Source: a virus
Taxonomy: Duplodnaviria; Caudoviricetes
Direction: 5' to 3' (one strand)
Length of the DNA stretch: 35,201 nucleotides
Virus record (IMG/VR): IMGVR_UViG_3300044657_000112
Coordinates: 1-35,201 of that record
Positions 26,231 through 34,222 of this stretch are shown here, one piece after another. The notes beneath the pieces are model-generated. The model was not told where the DNA came from. It ran no database searches and saw only the letters and a list, made by a program, of their open reading frames with translations. Position 1 is the first letter of the stretch. Every line of letters begins with the position of its first letter. The translations under genes were made by a program, and so were the position numbers.

Positions 26231-26499
26231 TAACAATCCCACTTCCTTAGTGCTTTGTTGATACGGCTGTTAGGGTCATTAGCCGTTTTTTTACTTGTAA
26301 GCTTCTTTTTCATACCCATCATCCGCTTACAAAAAGATTTACGTCTTGCTGCTGCCTTTGGAGACTTCTTGGCTTCTTTGGCAGATACAGGACGTTTGAT
26401 GTTCTTTCCTTGTCTACGCAAAGATCTACGACCAGCTTCATTCAAACCGCCAGATTCACTTTGACCTTCTTTACGTTGCCATGCTGCTGTCTTTGCCAT
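26230..26499 (-). CDS. Small basic protein (DUF6321-like)
   Basis: GGLN..GR, RRKSFCKRM.G, DPNSRINKALRKWDC. Confidence 0.85.
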   Translation of the reverse strand: MAKTAAWQRKEGQSESGGLNEAGRRSLRRQGKNIKRPVSAKEAKKSPKAAARRKSFCKRMMGMKKKLTSKKTANDPNSRINKALRKWDC

Positions 26500-26729
26500 T
26501 ATGTCCTCGCATAAGTTGGTTTCTTACCACCGCTGGATGGATTTGTTGCACGTTTACGTTTTGTTGCCGCTTGCTTCTGACCTTTGCTCATGCTGCTGGC
26601 TTTTGATTGAGGTACACATTTAGGATAGCTTCTTTTATCACCCATCTTGCGACCGCATGGTGGATGTTTGCCATCTTTGGTAGTGGATATATCAACCCAC
26701 TTTTCATTGAACCACTTTGTTAGGCTCAT
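26499..26729 (-). CDS. Small basic protein (DUF5872-like, second half)
   Basis: LTKWFNEKWVD, CGR, YPKCVP. Confidence 0.8.
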   Translation of the reverse strand: MSLTKWFNEKWVDISTTKDGKHPPCGRKMGDKRSYPKCVPQSKASSMSKGQKQAATKRKRATNPSSGGKKPTYART

Positions 26730-26866
26730 GTGTATTTACCACCCATCTTTTTATATTGCTGAACAAGCTGACCAGATGCGTATGCGCTAGGCCATTTCTT
26801 GACTCTCGCTTTCACAATAGCTCTTGCTCTTGCATATAATTTTGGATTGGTAGGTTTACCAGACAT
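26726..26866 (-). CDS. 46-aa basic protein (DUF5872-like, first half)
   Basis: PTNPKLY, WPSAYASGQLVQQYKKMGGKY; likely start ATG at 26866. Confidence 0.8.
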   Translation of the reverse strand: MSGKPTNPKLYARARAIVKARVKKWPSAYASGQLVQQYKKMGGKYT

Positions 26867-26867
26867 A

Positions 26868-27185
26868 CTATTTATCCATATTAAACTTATAATTTTTATA
26901 AGTCCCATGCCTTGTCGCATCCGCAGTCGGAGTAGACTCACCGAATATAGAAATAGCAGTTAATACTGGACCTTTGCCCATAGTCTTAAACAACTTCTGA
27001 GCTATATTTAGTTTAGGCTTTTTAGATTCTATTGACGCCATCAAAGCTTTTTCAATGCTCTTTTTTTGTTGAGGAGAAAGTTCTTTTTTAGGTTTAAGAG
27101 TTCTAGGATCAGGATTCTTTTTAGCCGCATTGGCTATTTTTCTCATCTGCTCAGATGTAAGGCCTTTGTGTTTACGCTCAGTCAT
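26868..27185 (-). CDS. Lys-rich hypothetical protein
   Basis: 105-aa ORF coupled to its neighbours. Confidence 0.7.
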   Translation of the reverse strand: MTERKHKGLTSEQMRKIANAAKKNPDPRTLKPKKELSPQQKKSIEKALMASIESKKPKLNIAQKLFKTMGKGPVLTAISIFGESTPTADATRHGTYKNYKFNMDK

Positions 27186-27435
27186 TTTGCTTTCTTCCTA
27201 ATTCTGTACGCTTTTTAATAACAGCCACTATCCAGCGACTGCCTTCTGCATGAGCTAGAGTTTCGATTCCCACCCCAGCACCGTAGATGTTATTTGTCGA
27301 CAAGCTTTCCAAATATTGTAAGAAATCCCTTCCAACCCCTGAGCCAAAAAGAGCATAGGCTTTAGAATTAAGATCTTGGTCAACTTCCTTAGTGTATCCT
27401 CTACCATCTGGCGAAACATTTATTTTCTCCTTCAC
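27178..27435 (-). CDS. Post-portal protein (BPP-1 Bbp19-like)
   Basis: LFGSGVG..FLQYL, LAHAEG.RWIV. Confidence 0.8.
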   Translation of the reverse strand: MKEKINVSPDGRGYTKEVDQDLNSKAYALFGSGVGRDFLQYLESLSTNNIYGAGVGIETLAHAEGSRWIVAVIKKRTELGRKQND

Positions 27436-29015
27436 TGCATACCCCCGCCTTGCTGTGCAGCCATCAATTGCTGCATTAACTCGGCGTTTTGCTGGACTTG
27501 TTGTGCATCCGCAAGTAGCTCTTCTTGAATACCGAACTTCTGCGCTAGATAACGAATAACCTGTTCTTGATTGTAAAGTGCTGGTGTAATCTCAGGGCCA
27601 AACGTACCAGCAACTGTCTGCTGAAAACGAACAAAGTCAGCAACATCTTGCTGATCTTGCGCTCTTAGCAATGGAGATACTGGAACAATTCTGAGTTCAC
27701 GACCATCAACTTTAGGTATGTCTAATAAACCTTGGTCTGTATAAATCTTGATAATACGCTCAACTAGAGGCTGCAAAAACTCTTTCTGCATACGACCAGC
27801 TACAGCACCCATATCTCTAGCTACATCGGCAAGTCTCTCAGATACCTCAGTAGCAGATAGAGGAGTTCTAGCATTTGGTCTTGTGTCGAGTTCATCTATA
27901 AATAATGCCTTACGAACATTACGGCGCATATCATCAAGCACAAGTTGAGCAACATCAAAACGGCCCGGACTTTGCAGCGTTTCGATTGTCGAGCCTGGGC
28001 TTCTCGGGATAAAGGTTCCCGGCTGAATTGTAATGTTGTCTGGATTAAAAACGCCATCATCATCATAAACGTAAGATCCGGCTATCGCCATCTCTGCGTT
28101 TTCCAAAATAAGTTGAACTGTAAGATTCAAAGTCTTAATAGCTGGCATGGCTTGCAACACAGGGCCACGACCCCATACCTCAAAACCAGACTTAGACCAG
28201 CGTGTTGTGATCCAAGGAACGCTACCACGACCTACTAGCTTCTGCTTCTTTAAGATATGATTGTCGGTTTCAGAGATCAAGTAATATGTGTACTCATCTC
28301 TAAACTTATCTTTCTCATCATATATTGTGGCTTCAATAACCTTAGTTTTACGCTGCGGATCACGCTTTTGAACCATAGCCATCTTTTCACTGAACTTAGC
28401 ATCAGGATAACGATGCTTAATCTCAGTAATATCCATCTCATTGTTCCAACGGAACCAACCAGCAACGGAGTCAAGATTTCCGGGCAAAAGTGCTACATTT
28501 GTTGGCGGTACTGACGTAAAATGCAGATCACCAATAAAGCGTCCTTCTTCAACAAGAAGGTTCATTGTACCAAGACCTAGATCCTGAAAACCTTCATGCA
28601 CCTCTGAGTTAAAGTTAGAGTTACGAAGACCCTCATGTAGAAGCTCTGTGATGCGATCAAGCTCTGCAAGCATAGCCTTGTTGATAGCTTCCTTTGGAAA
28701 CTCAGGGCCTGGAATTAGCTTAAAAGCTCTACCGTTAGGCGGAAAGAAGCCAAGCTGCAATCTGGATGCAAACTTAGGCAAACCTACAACGGCTGTTTCA
28801 TCATAGATATTCTCTGTACGTCTTGCAGCTGCACTTTCCTGAAAGAAGCTTTCACGATGGGGAAGAACGTAATCATAAATCTCTTCCCAGATATCAGACC
28901 AAGATGACCAGCGACCACGAGCCTTCTTGTAACGATTCATTACATTTTCTAGTTCCTTCTTATCATCAGCAACTCCCGCTGGTGTAGGAAGGTTGTCATC
29001 TTGTCTACTAGCCAT
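27432..29015 (-). CDS. Portal (head-tail connector)
   Basis: WEEIYDYVLP, IYDETA, RW....EVWGRGP, SATEV.ER, VSPLLRAQ. Confidence 0.93.
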   Translation of the reverse strand: MASRQDDNLPTPAGVADDKKELENVMNRYKKARGRWSSWSDIWEEIYDYVLPHRESFFQESAAARRTENIYDETAVVGLPKFASRLQLGFFPPNGRAFKLIPGPEFPKEAINKAMLAELDRITELLHEGLRNSNFNSEVHEGFQDLGLGTMNLLVEEGRFIGDLHFTSVPPTNVALLPGNLDSVAGWFRWNNEMDITEIKHRYPDAKFSEKMAMVQKRDPQRKTKVIEATIYDEKDKFRDEYTYYLISETDNHILKKQKLVGRGSVPWITTRWSKSGFEVWGRGPVLQAMPAIKTLNLTVQLILENAEMAIAGSYVYDDDGVFNPDNITIQPGTFIPRSPGSTIETLQSPGRFDVAQLVLDDMRRNVRKALFIDELDTRPNARTPLSATEVSERLADVARDMGAVAGRMQKEFLQPLVERIIKIYTDQGLLDIPKVDGRELRIVPVSPLLRAQDQQDVADFVRFQQTVAGTFGPEITPALYNQEQVIRYLAQKFGIQEELLADAQQVQQNAELMQQLMAAQQGGGMQ

Positions 29016-29016
29016 T

Positions 29017-29247
29017 TTACATCCTTATAGAACCAGAGGGTTTACCCATGCGACGGTATCCCACAAAACCTTGAACGTCCTCTTCTTGCAGCGAGCGTTG
29101 ACCAGCAAGATTGCTTCTGCGTACACGATCACGCTCTTCCTTGCGGGCTTTCTCTTCTGCACGTTCCTTTTCCAAACGAGCTTTCTCTTCCGCCTTCTGA
29201 GCTTCAAGCTCTGGATCAGGCGGTGGTGTGGAGCTACCGAATCCCAT
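29017..29247 (-). CDS. Small pre-portal virion protein
   Basis: MGFG..PPP followed by a charged helix; position typical of T7/BPP-1-like phages. Confidence 0.75.
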   Translation of the reverse strand: MGFGSSTPPPDPELEAQKAEEKARLEKERAEEKARKEERDRVRRSNLAGQRSLQEEDVQGFVGYRRMGKPSGSIRM

Positions 29248-29650
29248 TTTCTTCTCCTTCTTCTGGTTTTAAGAAGATGTCTTTTCCACCAGATTTACGC
29301 AATTCACAATAGAGTTGATAAGGCGTTAATATCCAAGGTTTATTTATTCCGCAAACATGCTTTATAAAACTCACGCAATAAAGCCAACGAGGTAGATATA
29401 TAGGGTTCTTTTTGCCTTCCACTTCAAGGCATACGCAATTAAACATAAGGTCAGTAACCAACCAGTCGGCTTCTTGGTCTCTAAGCCACTCAAAATTGAA
29501 TCTTTGGGTTGCATATTCAAATTTAAACCATGTATCCAGCTCTGGATCGAAACAAACGGCAAAAACATGACCAAAACCTTGCCTATGTTTGGTAAATATG
29601 CGCCATAAACCGACATTTTGGGCCTCTTTAAAGCAAATTATCCATTTCAT
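29234..29650 (-). CDS. Permuted papain-like (NlpC/P60-type) protein, putative
   Basis: FGHV precedes YCVSF; C-terminal TPYQLY. Confidence 0.6.
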   Translation of the reverse strand: MKWIICFKEAQNVGLWRIFTKHRQGFGHVFAVCFDPELDTWFKFEYATQRFNFEWLRDQEADWLVTDLMFNCVCLEVEGKKNPIYLPRWLYCVSFIKHVCGINKPWILTPYQLYCELRKSGGKDIFLKPEEGEENGIR

Positions 29651-31200
29651 AATGCTCTGGCATGTCCTTTTTGTCCCCTAGATAGTCTTGATCTATTCTT
29701 CATACGCTCAAATGGGTTGCTTACCCTCTCAACAGTGGTGGGGGAGGGTGCTGAACGACCACCGAGAATCACTCTTCGACCCTCACCGCCCCCTAACATT
29801 GCATACTGCAACGCATCGTGTATATGGGAGAACCTGTTTTTGTTAGGTTTCTCGTCATAAGACTCTCTGCCCATATGATACATACGCTTATACTGATATC
29901 CACCTTCAAAACCAGAAATCAATGTCGTACATGTTGGGCTTACAACAAAAGACGGATAACCATCTGTCATACGATTTAACACAGATTCAACAGATTCAAT
30001 TCTAACCTGAGTATCATTGGTAGGTGCTGGGTATGCTGTAATACCGGCTGCTCTCAATATCATAAATGGCGTATTTTCTGATGTCTGCGCCATCTGATTA
30101 CCAGCGGGATCACCAACAAACTTGAACTCTAGTCCTTCCCAGTTGTTTTTGGCGATTTCTCGCTTGAGTACATCTGCGAATCTTCCAGCTCCCATATCCT
30201 GTCCGATGACTTCGTGGAAAATAGACCAACGCCCAAAGGTTGTCTGCTGGGCGAATACTGCCGATGGCGTCCTGCCAAAGTCAATGCCGACGATAACTTC
30301 CTTACCCTGTATGGGTTCGATGGGTGACTTCGCAACGTGAGTCTCCTTTCTGAAGGTTGGATAAACAGGTTTGCCATCAAGCAACGCCTGATACTTATTC
30401 AACACATAAACATTCACCCACATGGAACTCTTACCAAGAATAATCTTGTCGTAATAGTCTGGCTGAATGTTATCTAGATTCTCTGCTTTAAGATTCTTAA
30501 CGTAACCAATAAGATTACCTTCTTTATCTTTCTGCTCGATCATAGCCCCTGGCTGCGAGTAGAAAGTCCAATCATCTGGCTTAACAAGAAGCATCTTTTC
30601 TTCATTAGACATATACTCTGGCGGTGCAGCTTCACCAGACATAATTGCCCACCAATGGGTTTCATCAGGTGAGTTGGTGTCCATAATAACACCATACCAA
30701 GAAGGGCCGCCATCCCGCATAGATGGAAAGCGACCAACACGCATAGTACAAGCATCAACAATCGACTTTGGTATTTCTCTGGCTTCGTTGATCCAAACTG
30801 CGGTCAACTCCAAAGACAACAGCTTCTTAACATCTTCCTGTTTGTCCAAAGCCAAAAAGATGACTTCGCACTCAACAACGGTTTTGTCCCCCAGAGCGAA
30901 ATTGATATTGTGAGTGTAGGGAGGAGACCACACAAACCTACCAATCTCGTCTGAGAACCAATCACGCCATGTCTTAATAGTCGTAGTTTTTAGCTGTGGA
31001 TTCGTATTCCTGATAACAGCAAACCTAGTACGCCGGACACCATTAGCATTTGGCTTTTGATTTACCGCTATACGCATCAACTCCATGCAAGAGGCAACAG
31101 ACTTACCAGATCCAACTGGCCCTCTGATGCCCCTTACAAAAGAGCGATCTTTCATAAACGCCTTGGCGACTGACCCTGGCGGTTTATAGTTTAAGTTCAT
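29647..31200 (-). CDS. terL: Terminase large subunit
   Basis: Walker A GPVGSGKS, Walker B WINE, DTN coupling motif, nuclease GIDFG and HIHDALQY. Confidence 0.95.
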   Translation of the reverse strand: MNLNYKPPGSVAKAFMKDRSFVRGIRGPVGSGKSVASCMELMRIAVNQKPNANGVRRTRFAVIRNTNPQLKTTTIKTWRDWFSDEIGRFVWSPPYTHNINFALGDKTVVECEVIFLALDKQEDVKKLLSLELTAVWINEAREIPKSIVDACTMRVGRFPSMRDGGPSWYGVIMDTNSPDETHWWAIMSGEAAPPEYMSNEEKMLLVKPDDWTFYSQPGAMIEQKDKEGNLIGYVKNLKAENLDNIQPDYYDKIILGKSSMWVNVYVLNKYQALLDGKPVYPTFRKETHVAKSPIEPIQGKEVIVGIDFGRTPSAVFAQQTTFGRWSIFHEVIGQDMGAGRFADVLKREIAKNNWEGLEFKFVGDPAGNQMAQTSENTPFMILRAAGITAYPAPTNDTQVRIESVESVLNRMTDGYPSFVVSPTCTTLISGFEGGYQYKRMYHMGRESYDEKPNKNRFSHIHDALQYAMLGGGEGRRVILGGRSAPSPTTVERVSNPFERMKNRSRLSRGQKGHARAL

Positions 31201-31955
31201 TAGATGAACTGTCTCCGAGATGCACCACCAGCTGCGCCTTGCAAAGCTGTGCGTCTAGCAGCGGTACTTAGTTGAGTTGTGGAGCCGGTTACATTAGTAG
31301 CGGTAGACGCTGTTTGTGTAGTTCCAGTAGAACCGCCATCGCCACCACCAGCAAGACGCTCAGATGCCTGAACATCAGTAGCACTCATTACATAACCAAT
31401 TCCACGCTGGGCTTTCTTTCCAGTACCAATTGGATTGTAACTAGAACCCCCAGTATAAACATCCCCCCTGCCAAACGGAGTATCCTTGGTCTCAACAACA
31501 CCTTGGATACGACCAATGCTGTCATAAACAGGAGTACCGCCAGCCTGAATACCACTTCTAATTTGACCAGCAGTATACTTACCAAGCTTATTTAATCCTG
31601 TTGCCGCCATTCCAATAACAGAAGGAAGGTTCTGTACACGCTCAGATATCTGGCCTTTATTTACACGATCATCAAGATCACGAAATGCACCAGTCGTTGA
31701 TGTTGTAAATTGATCTACTGATTTATCCATTGCTTCATTGGCAACATCAGATGGAGACATAGCTCCGTAATTATCAGAGTTTCTCGCTGATGCAGAAGAA
31801 CCAGTAGCCATGCTACCTTTCGCAACACCGGCAGATTGACGACCACCCTTTTCTTGAGCAACCGCTCTTTGGTTCTGCTCTTTCTTCGTTAATCCTACTT
31901 GTCCACGAGTTGAAGAACCACTTGGGCCTCCGCCTCCTCCGCTTTCGTCACCCAT
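31200..31955 (-). CDS. Gly/Ser/Thr-rich hypothetical protein
   Basis: 251-aa ORF, AGGAGG RBS, TAATG-coupled to terL. Confidence 0.8.
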   Translation of the reverse strand: MGDESGGGGGPSGSSTRGQVGLTKKEQNQRAVAQEKGGRQSAGVAKGSMATGSSASARNSDNYGAMSPSDVANEAMDKSVDQFTTSTTGAFRDLDDRVNKGQISERVQNLPSVIGMAATGLNKLGKYTAGQIRSGIQAGGTPVYDSIGRIQGVVETKDTPFGRGDVYTGGSSYNPIGTGKKAQRGIGYVMSATDVQASERLAGGGDGGSTGTTQTASTATNVTGSTTQLSTAARRTALQGAAGGASRRQFI

Positions 31956-32108
31956 CTGATCCTCCTATTGGCTTATTGGGGTAAAAAAATATTTTTAACA
32001 GATTAGTCTATTTAAGTCTATCGTGTGGATGATTCACCTTCTTATGGGTCATCGCCAGTTTTTCAAGGCCGTTCTCTGTGTACGCATAAGTCTCAATGGG
32101 GCCCCATA

Positions 32109-32543
32109 CTAATCTACGTTAAAGTTAATCTGCACCGCTGTACTCGGCCCTCTCGGTGCGTCATTCCTAAATCCAGCACGATCCATCAGATCCCTAGCAG
32201 CTTCAAGCCTAACGTGTTGTGAGTTACTTCCTAGCAGTTCTCTCATCGTTGCCATCGCTTGTGTGGCGTCCCAACCCAAAGTAATCGTAGCCAACTGCTG
32301 TCTGTATTCGATAACATGTTGTTTGTTCAGGGAATTATATGCCCATGCCTTGTTCCTACCCAGAGCTTCAGCAGCTTCTTTCGGGTTGCAACCGTTATGC
32401 AAGATCATATGCACCAGATCAGCCTGTGCATCAGTGACCTTATCATGCTGTGTTCTGAGTGTTGGTGAGTGTTTGTCTATGTCTTCCATTGGGACAACAC
32501 CGCCCTTGTATTTCTCTTGTTGTTGGCTATTGGCTTTTGTCAT
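32109..32543 (-). CDS. terS: Terminase small subunit (putative)
   Basis: HTH region, VRLEAARDLMDRAG, C-terminal VQINF; first gene of the late operon. Confidence 0.75.
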   Translation of the reverse strand: MTKANSQQQEKYKGGVVPMEDIDKHSPTLRTQHDKVTDAQADLVHMILHNGCNPKEAAEALGRNKAWAYNSLNKQHVIEYRQQLATITLGWDATQAMATMRELLGSNSQHVRLEAARDLMDRAGFRNDAPRGPSTAVQINFNVD

Positions 32544-32572
32544 ATCCGTGTCCCATAACTCTTCGGAAGGAG

Positions 32573-32603
32573 ATTATACACACATGCGTTCAAACCCTGT
32601 CAA
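32573..32603 (-). promoter_or_regulatory. Late-operon promoter TTGACA-N19-TATAAT
   Basis: Perfect sigma70 hexamers with a 19-bp spacer, 29 nt upstream of terS. Confidence 0.7.
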
Positions 32604-32807
32604 TACACTATTTGTATGTCATTGATATCATTGCTTATGCTACGCCAAACTCTCAGGCTAACGTCAAACCGGATGGGGTTCGGCTTCGCGGCAAACCCCA
32701 CGTCCAGCATGACCGGAGTTTTAACTTATTGCATCTCATTCTAACGACGAACCGCCTTGGTCGGCGGTCGCCAGACAAGCTGGCAAGTCATCACGCCGTG
32801 GGTTGAG

Positions 32808-33059
32808 AACACACACACACGAGTTTGTACCGTATCACAATGTAAAATTGTGGCATTTAGTCTCGATTCGTAAAGCCCTCAATATTCTTTGGCTCTTTCA
32901 TTTCTATACATATGGTGTCGCCGTACAGTGGTGCGGCTCGTTGTTCTTTATCATCGAGTTCTATATCGGCCAAAGAATATTGACCTTCGGCAAGGGGCTT
33001 GACGAACTGCGAGCCATAAAATGCGGAGCCATTGTTGCGTACAATCTCGTATGCGTGTT
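32808..33059. other. Long imperfect inverted repeat (fold-back element)
   Basis: Perfect 15-bp core 32879-32893/32969-32983 plus a nested series of outer helices. Confidence 0.85.
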
Positions 33060-33085
33060 TGCATAACTTTCAACAGGAGAACATC

Positions 33086-33259
33086 ATGCAACAGTTAGAC
33101 CTATTCACTACAGTAACCGCCAAGTCAGTAGATGATGTCAACATCACCATCTCGCCAGCACAGTATGAGATCATGCAGTGCATCGCATCCGGCGACTTGA
33201 TACGAGCTACTGAGCTTATCGAGTTACAGAACGATACTGATGACGACATTTGGTTTTAA
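33086..33259 (+). CDS. 57-aa protein with QLDLF clamp-binding motif and DDDIWF SSB-like tail
   Basis: AGGAG RBS at 33075-33079; MQQLDLF...NDTDDDIWF. Confidence 0.8.
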   Translation: MQQLDLFTTVTAKSVDDVNITISPAQYEIMQCIASGDLIRATELIELQNDTDDDIWF

Positions 33260-33270
33260 GCCAAATATGA

Positions 33271-33297
33271 GTGGGGTAGGCATAGGGTCTACCCCAT
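33271..33297 (+). other. Intergenic RNA hairpin without U-tract
   Basis: GTGGGGTAGGC-ATAGG-GTCTACCCCAT. Confidence 0.6.
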
Positions 33298-33320
33298 AAC
33301 CTAGACGTGAGGAGAATCAC

Positions 33321-33917
33321 ATGACTAATACAGAACTTACCACAGAGAATCTTGACCGCGTAGCTCGTGCATTACAGGCAGACGCTAAACCATCACCTGA
33401 CAAGCAAGCACTCTGGGATGCAGAGTTCAAGCGTAGGATGCACGCTCTGATCGACATGTTTGAGGATGGCCCCGAGGTTATCCTACAGTGCAAGTTGGCA
33501 GACCAGTTCACTCGCACCTTCGAGAAGATCACACACAATGTCACAGCTGCTGGCACACAGGCCAGACGTGAGCTTCGGGACATGAAGCGTGACGATGTTG
33601 GTATCGAGATCACTGGTAACAAGGTCGAGGATATGGAGAACAAGATCGAGCTGCTTCGTCAGCAATGGTGGATTGCCAACCATGCCTACAAGATCATGCG
33701 GCATCAGGTACGCACAGAGGTCATCGGCAAGACCGGTATGAACTGGGGACAGTACATACCCGCTGATGAGATGTCTCGTGTCAAGCGTGTCAACTTCCGC
33801 AAGGGTCAACTCACTATGGAGCAGTATCAAGCCAACAAGCAGGACTTCTGGTCATACGCCAGAGATGCTGGGCTGGTAGAGATGCCCAGAGATGACAGCT
33901 TTGCTTCCAATATCTAA
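33321..33917 (+). CDS. Helical/coiled-coil early hypothetical protein
   Basis: 198 aa, GAGGAG RBS, followed by a terminator. Confidence 0.85.
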   Translation: MTNTELTTENLDRVARALQADAKPSPDKQALWDAEFKRRMHALIDMFEDGPEVILQCKLADQFTRTFEKITHNVTAAGTQARRELRDMKRDDVGIEITGNKVEDMENKIELLRQQWWIANHAYKIMRHQVRTEVIGKTGMNWGQYIPADEMSRVKRVNFRKGQLTMEQYQANKQDFWSYARDAGLVEMPRDDSFASNI

Positions 33918-33925
33918 CACTGCAC

Positions 33926-33961
33926 GAGTGGTGGGGCTGCGGCCCTGCCACTCATTTTTTT
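33926..33961 (+). terminator. Rho-independent terminator
   Basis: GAGTGGTGGGGC-TGCG-GCCCTGCCACTC-A-TTTTTTT. Confidence 0.85.
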
Positions 33962-34006
33962 GCGTCCGGCAACCGCCGTTGAAACGCCTCAGACTGGAGA
34001 AGCCAA

Positions 34007-34204
34007 ATGAAAGTTTTATACAAAGCTCAAGTCCATTCAGAAAAAGGGTGGCAAGATTTATCGTCACAATGGTTCACAGATTTTCACACTGCAAAGAGTC
34101 TTGTGAAATCCCTAGCAAAGCCAAGATTGAATCATAAAAGGGTCATAAAAAAGATAATGACTACCCCCCACTCTTATCAAATTTCACTTGCTTACACAGA
34201 TTAA
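34007..34204 (+). CDS. Small basic hypothetical protein
   Basis: GGAG RBS, 65 aa. Confidence 0.65.
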   Translation: MKVLYKAQVHSEKGWQDLSSQWFTDFHTAKSLVKSLAKPRLNHKRVIKKIMTTPHSYQISLAYTD

Positions 34205-34222
34205 CCAACGGAGGTTTCAGCC

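Noticed and set aside
32809-32820. (AC)6 microsatellite as a phase-variation tract
   Set aside because: Non-coding, and explained as the 5' arm of the fold-back pairing with GTATGCGTGT
32459-33066. Plus-strand ORFs 32459-32806 and 32803-33066
   Set aside because: TTG starts, no RBS, atypical composition; they overlap the promoter and the fold-back structure
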